The position numbers were made by a program, and so were the translations under genes. From Perna viridis (lineage: Eukaryota), in contig CM074522.1 of the NCBI GenBank assembly GCA_037379345.1, positions 13,392,001 to 13,456,000 of the forward strand: DNA of 64,000 bases, given 5' to 3'. The notes beneath the pieces were generated by a model. That model was not told where the DNA came from and did no database searches. It saw nothing but the letters and a program-made list of their open reading frames with translations. Of this stretch, positions 53,792 to 64,000 are shown piece after piece; within the stretch, counting starts at the first letter, position 1; every line of letters starts with the position of its first letter.

Positions 53792-56026
53792 TTTGGCCTT
53801 ACTTAATTTTTTGTATAAAATTATTTCGAAGAATTTCAATGAAATTTTGAATTTATATATTTTGGAGCTTTGTATTCTATTGGGTATACTGATTCTAATT
53901 AGAAAAAATCTCACTTTTTTAACATGCGTTTCTTTGAAGATTTTTTTTATTTATTATAATATGCTGTTGTGTTTCTTCTGTGGTAAATTATCTGTTGATA
54001 TATATCACTTTTATATAGAATATATATTTTCTGATCAGTATTTGTAATGAAAATTAATTTGGTTTCATATTTACGATAGGGTTTGTAAGTCTCGTTCTAG
54101 TTTCAGTTTCCCTTCCGGAATTTCCGGTGTAGAACGTATTGAAATCCGAAGACCGATATGCATTTTAGTGTGTACTTCTGGGAAATTCAAATGCTGCTTC
54201 ACAATGCAAAATCTCCTATTTTATGCTATTCTAAACATTTTTATTGCTTAGAACTTGATAATTGTCATTTTTAATCAGTATTTTTACCCAAAAATGATAC
54301 TTTGCTTTTAATTTTGAACTCAATGCTATGTTAAGGACGAATCTCCATACATTTGAATGGTAGACTAGGACCCATTCTTACGAAACCACAGAGTCATGTG
54401 ACGAGACTTACATGTACATACCCTGTTTTGTGCAAGTACTGCATGTTTTTGTTATATTCTTTTCGTATAAGATAGTTCAACTTTCATTTGAATTTGAATA
54501 AGATCTGTTGCTCCAGAGATAGTACAATGAGATTTAAGGATGGAAGATCTGATTTTTTTGTGGGGGAGTCTAGAGGTTTCCCTAGACCAATTTAGCATGG
54601 TGCTGCACCATGCTGCCCTCATCATGAATTTTACAATGTGCCCCTGAGGTGACCATACCCAACTTTCAAGTTTATTCAAGATTATTTTAACTATTTTTAT
54701 CTAATTTGCATGTTAACATGTACTGCTTTTGTGTTGACACACATTTATGATACTTTTACATACCATACTAGGGTGAAGGATGCTTATTGCAGATTTGAGT
54801 AATTAAATTGCCCTAGTTTCAAGGTGGGGTACCCCCCAATGAAACCATCTGTGACAGTTGATTTCCCTCAAAATACTTAAATAACCATGCCTTCACAAAT
54901 TCCTGGGGAAAACACTAGGGAGTATCAATGCTTGAAACACTAAGAACACTAAGAAAAACATAGTATCAGATGAATGTTTTTGTTCTATACATTATCAGTC
55001 AGCATTCATACTGTATGATGGGCATAAAATGTGTTAAATTTGAGGAAAAATGGTAGATAAAAATTTTTAGCTAATGCTCAGTGGTGCTTTTAAGTAGTTA
55101 AACCTAGAAGAAATACTATATAATGGAATTTATATTATCATTTTTAGAACGATAGCTAAAATACGCCAAAATTAGCACCTGTGAAAATTATCTGCTTTAA
55201 TGTAACTCCAACCTGTCTTATGATGTATAAAATATTTCTTTACTATCATTTTCTTTAATTGTGTTAAAAGAACTTTCGGAGACAATTCTTTGTAGATTTT
55301 TTTTTTTATGGTTTGGGTATATGTTCATTAATAACACTACATTCATCACAATTTGTTTGTTTTTCTAAGACACAGAAAAGTACTGAAAATAAGCAGCTGG
55401 CTTTCATATTTAAATTTTAATGGAAAAATCCTTAGTACATTAATGGTATTCAAATCCCAAAGACATGCTGGATGTGCAAGCATTTAAATCTAAAGCCCAC
55501 CAACTGTTTTATGTGTACTCAGTATTTTTGTCATGGCAGCATTTCATGTTCAGTTGAAGATCTGTATTAGTTTGGAGATTATTTTTCTAGTTTTTGATTT
55601 TTTCTCAAAATATATAAACTAAAGTAAAACATTAGCTTTGTCCTCTTAAGAAAACTAACTAATCAAAATATTTCCTCAGAATATTTGTAAAAAACAATAT
55701 ATGATTCTGTTGATTAAGCAAATTTTAATTTTTATCCATTTTAAAGGTATCACACAATGTTTTAGTGACTACAGATAATGTCTAAATATGTGTTCATGAC
55801 TAAAATAAAAAATCATCTGTCTCAATTTACTTTAAAACAGCCTTTTATACCCAGAAGAAAATAGCTAAGTGAAATGTTGGCATAAATAAGCATAGATGTT
55901 TGACAATATTTTGTAAATTATTATTTAGAAACCTGTCCAAACAGGAAACCTTTTGGATTTGATTTACCACTCAGCATGTTATCAACTTAAACAGATTGAA
56001 CTAACTTTAAGGTACTTCAAAATATG

Positions 56027-56165
56027 TCTGGTTTAGAAAGGTTTAAGTTCATTCAGGGTCAGGTTTAGAAAGGTTAAATTTCATTGAAGGTCTGGTTTAG
56101 ACAGGTGTAAAGTTCAATCAGGGTCTGGTTTAGACAGATTTGAAGTTCATTCAGGATTTGGTATA
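56027..56165. repeat. Degenerate 32-33-bp tandem repeat x4; related array near 57478-57600
   Basis: GTCTGGTTTAGAMAGGTTTAAGTTCATTCAGG variants. Confidence 0.7.
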
Positions 56166-57016
56166 GTTCAAGGGGTGGTTGAGACCAGATTGTTCATGCG
56201 GCTAGTCAGTTGTTAAGTTTAATTACAGAAGAAAAAATATAGATAAACATGTATACTAGTAGATTAGTGTAGATGTTAATACATGTATTTTTGTACTAGT
56301 AGAACCTTCTAGGTTTCTTTTTATTTGTAGAACTTAGCTGTAGAAAAGATTATCATTTTTTAAACAGACAATTGTGACTGGTTCTATACAAACCTCAAAC
56401 ATTTCAACATCCGTCTTAAACTTAATAGTATCTCATGGACTTTTATAGATATTTTTTGCAGCATTTGTAATTTCAATAAATCCATTTACAATCTGCAGCC
56501 ACATTGATTAAGGGACAGATCTTTTTTTAAAAGTAACAAAATACAGGAAATTTTATGCTTGTTTCAGAGCTATTGTTCTGTTTTCATGTTTTTTTTTCTT
56601 TTTCATATACTTTTAAAAGCATTTTTACCTCCATCATGCTCTATTTAATATGGCTGCAATAACCCAACTAGTTGCAATTGTTTTTGAGTAATCATATTCA
56701 TGTTGTTAAAGTGAAAATGTTACTTTAATTTTATGGTGTACAACATTTGTTTAAACATTGTTATCTTTTTGTTCCTGTTATAGCGTGTTCAGTATACTAC
56801 TATTGTATAATGTGGTGATTTGGTGCTATTAACTAAGTTTTTAAGTTTTTAATATTGTTTAGGGAACATTTTCTTTGTATTATCAAAACATTTTTTTTAC
56901 ACTAACATAAAAAAGTTAAACAATGTCATTCATATTTGTTGTTAAAAATATTACTAATTCAACTTTTTACTGTGGAAATATTGTTATCTGTTAGTACAGT
57001 TAATTTTGCCTAATCC

Positions 57017-57096
57017 TATGGCAAGCCAAAGTGGACAAAAATAAATGTTTTGTAATATTAGAAAATGCTTATTTTTGTCCACTATGGCTTGCCATA
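57017..57096. repeat. 80-bp fold-back (28-bp arms, 1 mismatch); minimal MITE
   Basis: TATGGCAAGCCAAAGTGGACAAAAATAA..TTATTTTTGTCCACTATGGCTTGCCATA; a solo arm occurs at about 51551-51576. Confidence 0.75.
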
Positions 57097-57208
57097 TAAT
57101 CCAACTTCTGTCTAAAATTTGTCTAAAATTCAGTTAAGATACTTCCATTTTCAAGGTTCCAATAACATTTATACTGAGCTTAAGATCTTGTAGGTCATGA
57201 ACAAAGGT

Positions 57209-57284
57209 TACTTGTAGGTCATGAACAAAGGTTATTTGTAGGTCTGAACAAAGGTTATTTGTAGGTCATGAACAAAGGTTATTT
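57209..57284. repeat. Minisatellite, about 24-bp unit x3
   Basis: TGTAGGTCATGAACAAAGGTTA(C/T)T repeated. Confidence 0.85.
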
Positions 57285-59968
57285 TGATGAATTATGATAG
57301 ATAATTCAATGGCAGACTCCTGGTTAAATATATATTTAACAAAAAGTTCACTTTTTATTTTCTGGCATCTATGTTTGCTCCATTTTTTAAAATTGGTGGC
57401 AAAAATTGGCAGCTGACAAATTTTCTGGCAACAGAATTTTGGAAGCCAGAACAGCCTTTTTAATGGACTTAAAGAGTGTTTGGTTTAGACAGGTTTAAGG
57501 ATTTTGTTTAGGGTTCAGTTTAAACAGGTTTTAGGATTTTTTCTGTGTTCAGTTACACATGTTTTAGGATTTTTCTGGGTTCTGTTTAGACTGGTTTTAG
57601 TGAAGTATTTTTTGTAGTTTAACGAAATTTTTTTGTTGTTGAAAATTTGAAAGTTGTTAATAAACTACAAAACTGTAAAATTACAATAGTACTTATTCCT
57701 TTCTTTGATCATGGGATTTTTCAGGAAAAATAAGATTTTTGTTTACAAAAATAGGGAACCACAATGTATGCAAGGTTTCCAATCAACCTTGAAAATTGGT
57801 AAAGTCCTCGAATTTCATATTGATTAAGATGGTAGAACAATCTACAGAGAAGGTTAAAATAAAAAATAAAAATCAACATTTTCTCTGTTATAAGATTAGA
57901 TACACCAATAAAGCTTTGCACACTTAAGTTTCACTGTAGTAGAAGCATTTTAAGACCAACTTTTAAAAATCGTGGAGCTTCCTTTTCAGGAAAAGACGTT
58001 TAACCTAAGTACTTGTTCTTAAATCCTTGAAAAAGCCAGAAATTTCATGTACAAATCTATCAATGTGAGACTCTTTGTGGTAGTATAGATTAAAAACTTC
58101 CTCACTCAGTCAACTTTGAATCTCATGTTTGGTCATTTTTGTTTTTGCTAAGGCTTAGAGAGAATCGTTTGTATGTCAAACTTTTCATATCAAAATCCAA
58201 AATGGAAAACTATGTAAATAACCTTGAAAAATCTTTGAATTTTCTGCTTTGACACCATTGGGAACTCTGTGTATGGTTGTAATGAAATATAAATGGAAAT
58301 TCTTGGCTGAATTAAGCTGTTGCATTTTGGTATTGGCTTCACAAGGAGTTTAAAACCTGCTTATCTTTAATATGACTAGGAACAAGTTTTGTATTTGTAT
58401 GTCTGCCAAAGTGCTTGCTTAGTATTTATAGTAACATTGTTTTGACATTTCCAATTGCAAATATTTACAATTAGCAAATTAAGTTTATTTTATTTACGTA
58501 AATTAGTAGCTACAGCAATGATATTGGTTTGCTTGCAAACTTTCTGATTATATTTGCTTTTTACAATACGGTATTTATACACCTTTATATAAAATATTTA
58601 ATCAATAAATGATTTCAAATGCATGTTATTTCATGTCTTGTCTTCATCAGAAGATTGTATGTGTTTAAGTTTAAATTATTTTGTTATAATTGCTTTATTG
58701 GAATGACCATTCTTTATGTTCTTTATGTAGCTTTACATTTTTTTCTCTGTACTTTAAATTTGCAATAGAAAATTAGATGCTACAGATAGGCTTACATGTG
58801 AATACTTTTTTATATTTCTTTCAATAGACATGTTCCTGTTTAAGTATACAGTGCAAGGGGATCCTTAAACTTTGACGAGGAAGGGTGCCAGCCAGGGTTC
58901 CTCAAGAAAAAATAGGGTGCTAAGACACAAACAGTATTTTCCATTTTTTGTCAATTTTACACATGAAAATGACAAATGTCCAACAAGAAGGAGGTGTGCT
59001 AACCCCTTGCACCTCCCACTGGATCCATCACTGGTGACAGAACAAGCTGTGTAATTGTGATATGCTTGGTTGGTCATGTTATAGGTTGATTAATTGGAGA
59101 GTGAACTTTGAAAATATATTTATGCATTTTGCAGATTAATGTTACTCCCACTTTCCTCTCCTGTTCTCCCATTATCCCCATTTATCCAACCTCTCCTGCC
59201 TTAATGAGAAAAGAAAAACATAAATATATATTTGACTTTTAATCCCAGTTCCATCCCCCAAATTCAACTCTCTCTTCTCCCCTATTGATAAAAAAAATTC
59301 CTCCTGTCATTGGTTAAAAAACCTAAAATATATGCCTCTATTTATCCCAGTTTCCATCCCCTTAATTCGCTCTTCCTTACATCCTCTATATTGTCAGGTT
59401 CCTCTACTTATCCATGGTTCCTTTGTGCAATGGTTGGATTATATATGTTCATGGCATGTTAATTTTCATGCTTCCTTATAAATCATTCCTCAAAATTACC
59501 ATAATAACTACCATAATATTTCATATTTTATGTAGACACTAATCTTAGAAATAATAAGTTCGTTTTTGTCTGCAAAAAAAATATGTCTCTCACGTGTCCC
59601 TCGGCCCGCACACTGGTGTGAGCATTTTGGTTCAATAATTTCAGAGGAGTTGCGCTGACAAGGTAATTTATGAGTATTTTTGGGAAATTTCAAAGGGGCA
59701 TAATTCCTACAATAGTTAGGGGATAAAAATATCCTGGTAATATACACGACTACATATGATGTTCTTGCGTTTTTGTAAAATTTGGTTCAATAGTTTCAGA
59801 GGAGTTTGAGAATTTTTTGGCAAATTCATAGGGGCATTACTCCTACAAAAATTGGGGGATCAAAATTTCCTAGTAATATGCACAACTTATTGTGTTCTTG
59901 CTACATACCAAGTTTCGTAAAATTCGGTTCAATAGTTTAAGATGAGTTGCACTGACAAACTTCGTGAT

Positions 59969-62955
59969 CAGCGGCGAGCCGGAAATTTAAGATATGTAAG
60001 CAGGGGGTCTGGGGCCCCCAGAAGCTGAGCATAATTTTCAAATTTAAATAACATTTTTTTCATTAGTCATTAGGGTAACAGCTTCGACCATCCATTTTCA
60101 AACTTGTTAAGTGTTTAGAGGAAGGTGTATAAGTAATAAGAATCACAGCCAGCTTTGATTTTTCTTTTTTCTCGTTTTTCTTTCTTTTTTTTAAATAAAA
60201 TTAACCAATAATACCACACTAGAATACAAGACATGATAATACAGATAGACATCTAGGAACAAAGACTAAACAGGAAAAAATATAGAACATTTCTCAATCT
60301 CGAATAACCATAAACGCACACACATGAAATCGAAAACAAATGAATCATTGAGACTGTATTTGCTATACGTTTTGATACGATTCCCTGACATTAATTGAGG
60401 AATAAAGTTGTATTTTGCGGTCGCCATCAGAGGCAAAGATATTAATCACTGCGTCGAAATCTATGTCAATCTCCGGGTGAACATGCATCATTGACAACCC
60501 ATTAAGCCTTTCCTCAACCATTGTCGATCGGAGGTAGGTTTTCACTCGTTTTGTGGCACTAAAGGATCTTTCTGTGGTGGCAGATGTCACTGGCATGGTT
60601 AATAAAACCTTTACGGCTCTGTGGATGTTTGGATATAATTCAGGATTTGCATTTTTCAGTTTCAATAAGTGTACTAGGGTTATCATTAACCTCTTCCCAT
60701 TTACATCGCCATCTGATCATTTCTGTCCTAAAGGTAGCAAATTTACTTTCAGACAGATCTACTCTGAATGGTTCAAAAACCTCAGGTTCTTTTTCCTTTG
60801 TTAGAGATGCAAGTCTGGAAGAAACAAGATTTAGAGCGAGAAACCTGTCTATGGGGAACAACAATCCGTTCTTCAATTTCATTCACTATATGGTCGAGCA
60901 ATGGATAAAATATTGATCGTCGCCAATACTGTTCAGGTGTATCCGCTGGTATGTTGTTTCTATGCGTATGCCTCTCTGCCATTTTAGGTTTGCTTGGTTC
61001 TACACGTTTTGTCCCTATACCACTCCTGCCAAATGCTATCATCTTGTCTGATTCTCCTCTACCAGTTCAAGAGAGGGTTTCAGTAACAAAGTTGATAGTT
61101 TCAAGCTAACTTGAAAGACGCATTATGTTATAACCAATGCGACCATGAATCCAAAATTTTGAATGACCAGCTTCAGCTGCTTTGCATTTTTTATCACCAC
61201 CTGACGCGAGATCTTCCATCAAGGGCATATCTCTGTTCTTGGTCAGCCTGCCCCAGCATGGTTTTAAATCTTCAAAAAAATCAAAGAACACTTAAAGCAA
61301 ATGAAACATCCTGAACTATGTCAACGGTATTGCGAATTATAGGAAGTTGACATGATTTGACAACAGCTAAGTTCAGGCAGTGAGCATAACAGTGCACATA
61401 ATGAGCTTCTGGAATTTCAGCTCGAATACGAGTACGAACGCCTGATAGTTTACCTGACATGTCCGCCGTTCCATCGTACGCCTGACCTCTCATTGCCTGC
61501 GTAATGACCCCATACTCATTCAGTTCATCCATTATAGTTTTCGCCAGAACTTCTCCTGTCGTCGAAGTTGCCTCAGCGAATCCAATAAATGACTCATTTA
61601 CACCCGATTCACCCTCTTTATTACGCAAGCATAAAGAAACCTGTTCGACCATAGAAATATCAGTAATTTCATCTGCAATGATGCTAAAACAGTTTGCAGA
61701 ACTACACTCATCGACGATCTGCTGTCGTAACTGTTGGCCACAAATATAATTTACTCATTTTGTATTTGGGGTGATAGATATCTAGCGTTGGGGGACTACG
61801 TTGTATATGTTCAAACAAAATCCTATCATTCTCTGCCCTAAATTTGGCAAGAGCAATGAAATTACTTTTATCTTCGATATGACCACGTAGGGGAATGCTC
61901 TGCTTTCCACACAAATAAAGTCTAAAAAATAAAAATACTTTTCAAGACAGCCTATTTCTTGATATTTTATTTTGAAATTAGCAACTCAACATTGAGACAT
62001 CATCATCCCTTTTACCTTCAGCAATTTTCGTCAAATTTGCACTCATTTCAATACACTTATCATAGGTTGGTCCAAATGGCGTTTTATAAAGTTGTCAAAT
62101 TTGCCCAATCATCTACAGTGGTTCTTACAAAAGCATTATCAGAACTATTGAATAAAACGCAATACAAACAATACACTGCATTTTCTGACTCGGAATATCT
62201 TAACCAAGAATGTTTATCAAGCCATGTTCGATTAAAACCCCTTTTCACTCCCTGAATTTCTGTAAGAGGAAATACAAACGAAGCGGGAACAACCCATTTA
62301 TTTTTCAGCAGAATGAACTTTTGTTTGTCGTCAACCTTCCCCTTGTATGATGAAATTTCAAAGTTTTGTGGCTGTAATGATTTAGACCCTAGCATATTGT
62401 CTAAATAATCCGTACTATATTGAGCAGGACGAGCAGACGTATCTGACTCCGACAAAACTTGAGGTTCTATAAACCCTTGTTTACTTGTACATGTGGAAGC
62501 AGATTTTTGCTGTTTTGCTGTTTTGAAAAGTATTGTGATAATTTACCATTTCCTCAAAGTATGTTCTGGTAAAGAGCGGTTACTTCTCTTTATTTTAATT
62601 TACATGTAAAAATAACTTGAAGATAATAATGTTTTAATTTCGAATTCGATTCAAGCGTGTTTATCCCAGACGCATATTTGTCACGTCATCGTAAACGGCG
62701 TCCTTTTAGGTTTTATGAAGTTCAAGATCAACACACGGCTGCAAGTTTGAATCTTGAATAGAACTCGACCTTGAACCCATAACACTTAACATCACAGTTA
62801 CTTGTTTCATAGAGATTAATATTAATGCCAGATGTGATTGTTACAGGCCAAATAATGTAAATGTAAAGCCAAGGTTGTGAAAAAAATTTAAAAAAAATTA
62901 ATAAAAATAATTTGTAAGCACATTCTTACACTGCTTTTATGGTGCTACGCCACTA
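59969..62955 (-). mobile_element. Decayed hAT-superfamily DNA transposon (ZMYM1/THAP12-like transposase), 2987 bp, 5-bp TSD (hAT5-like)
   Basis: Imperfect TIRs (CAGCGGCG-AGC / reverse complement TAGTGGCGTAGC); GTGAT duplicated at 59964-59968 and 62956-62960; internal transposase remnants. Confidence 0.85.
60363..62455 (-). pseudogene. Frameshifted hAT transposase
   Basis: Fragments in order: TTF-type Zn finger (WLRYSESENAVYCLYC), DUF4371-like (CGKQSIPLRGH; ADEITDIS..EQVSLCLR), GQAYDG, YVHCYAHCLNL, C-terminal dimerisation domain (LLTMPVTSATTERSFS..KTYLRSTM..RLNGL). Split over several frames. Confidence 0.88.
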
Positions 62956-63507
62956 GTGATGGACACACGGACGGACGTACAAGCCAAAAACCAAAGTGGG
63001 GGAGACATAATGACAGCAGTTAAATAAACGTTAGATGTTAGGAATGTTGCATTATATTAAGAATCAAAAGTTTTCATCGGTAAATACCGACATCTAAATG
63101 TATTGCACTCGTAAGTATTGATAAATCACCATCATTTATAAAATAATAAACGACAAAATCTTATAGCTAATTTATCACACCCTTTGAACCTTTCATAATC
63201 TAAATCACTATTTTCCAACCAAATTAGTAGATTTCCCCCCGACAATGCTTTACAGTTCTTGATATATCATTCTAATATATCACATTATGTATCATTAGCT
63301 CTTTGAATGAATCGGTTTTGGTAAGTCTTGGATTGGGCTTGAATTATCTCCCTTTTGTCAATTGTAAGAAAAATTAATAAATCGAAGATTTTTTCAGTTA
63401 CATATACTATCCACATTTTATGATTGATTGATTTGAGACAGTAGCAACAGCTCCCAAATAACACTGCCATCTATACAGTTGTCACTTGATCTTGATGGCT
63501 TTGAATT

Positions 63508-64000
63508 AGTAATCAAGGGAACTACGATTCTAGCAGTTATCAAAAAAATGTAATCCGGGGACAGACCAGACATGAAAAAAACAGAAAAACATAACAAAGA
63601 ACATAAAGTAACTGAAATAATACATAAAAAGAAACAAAAGTGAATGAGGAACTCGGATGCCACTGAAAACTATGAGCATGGACCAGGTGCACCAGTAGGA
63701 CAAGCATCCTCTTCTTTTCTAGAAACACCCGCCAAGTTGCTTATAAGAAGTCGTCCAGGTTAGACGAAAGAGGAAAGGGAAAACTATGACACGTTGAACA
63801 AATCAGTTTTAATGGTGCAGATGGATACACCGTAACGATCAATGAGTTCATGATGACGACCATAAAACTCCTGTAGCGATGACTTCAATCTTGTAGCAAC
63901 CTAATCCTGTTCCAGAAGCCTAATTGTTAGAAGTCTAGCGCGATACAAAAAGTCTGTGTAGTTACGGCAAGCTCTGGCATAATGTATGAGTTGTGATATG
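63508..64000 (-). mobile_element. Penelope-like element copy running off the window edge
   Basis: RT C-terminus plus 3'UTR, colinear with the other copies. Confidence 0.85.

Larger units (their letters stand above)
59575..63011. repeat. Older internally repetitive element (Helentron/HINE-like) interrupted by the hAT insertion
   Basis: Tandem ~150-bp subunits (GGTTCAATAGTTTCAGAGGAGTT at about 59629, 59784, 59926) on the left; GGAC microsatellite and GGGGAGACATAA end on the right of the insertion. The class assignment is tentative. Confidence 0.45.

Noticed and set aside
58849-59033. Additional 5-bp-TSD MITE
   Set aside because: The right end (GGATCCATCACTG) fits, but the left end is degenerate and the flanks do not match.
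60363-62455. Domesticated ZMYM1/THAP12-like host gene
   Set aside because: Multiple frameshifts and stops plus retained TIRs and TSD indicate a dead transposon.
2665-63728. Recurring hydrophobic ORFs (MESELLI.., [16 protein letters not shown]..) as a small membrane-protein family
   Set aside because: They are translations of the T-rich retroelement 3'UTR, with inconsistent starts, frames and stops between copies.
1-64000. tRNA/rRNA genes or prokaryote-type systems
   Set aside because: None recognised by eye; tRNAscan-SE and Rfam searches would be needed to exclude small ncRNAs.

Overview
AT-rich eukaryotic (intron-containing) genomic DNA, most likely a bivalve mollusc; this is inferred from the repeat families and not proven. 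Most ORFs in the supplied track are spurious or are exon fragments. Spliced genes read by hand: (1) the 3' seven exons of a GPI-anchored alkaline phosphatase (+, 183-7958); (2) an unrecognised minus-strand gene (13169-15155) with two in-phase alternative last exons; (3) a complete 9-exon SEC62 (-, 30263-43431); (4) an acidic ORF/exon just upstream of SEC62 (-, 44543-44941); (5) a complete 4-exon EFHD/swiprosin-1 (+, 47135-52560), head-to-head with SEC62. Mobile DNA: nine truncated copies of a Penelope-like (Naiad-type) retroelement, most with a fixed tail-less 3' end and a branched 3'UTR fold; two copies of a ~520-bp SINE-like element with a non-tRNA head that folds as a pseudoknot plus hairpin; a decayed 2987-bp hAT transposon with a 5-bp TSD, nested in an older repeat, plus a family of 5-bp-TSD MITEs; other MITEs; and several minisatellites.
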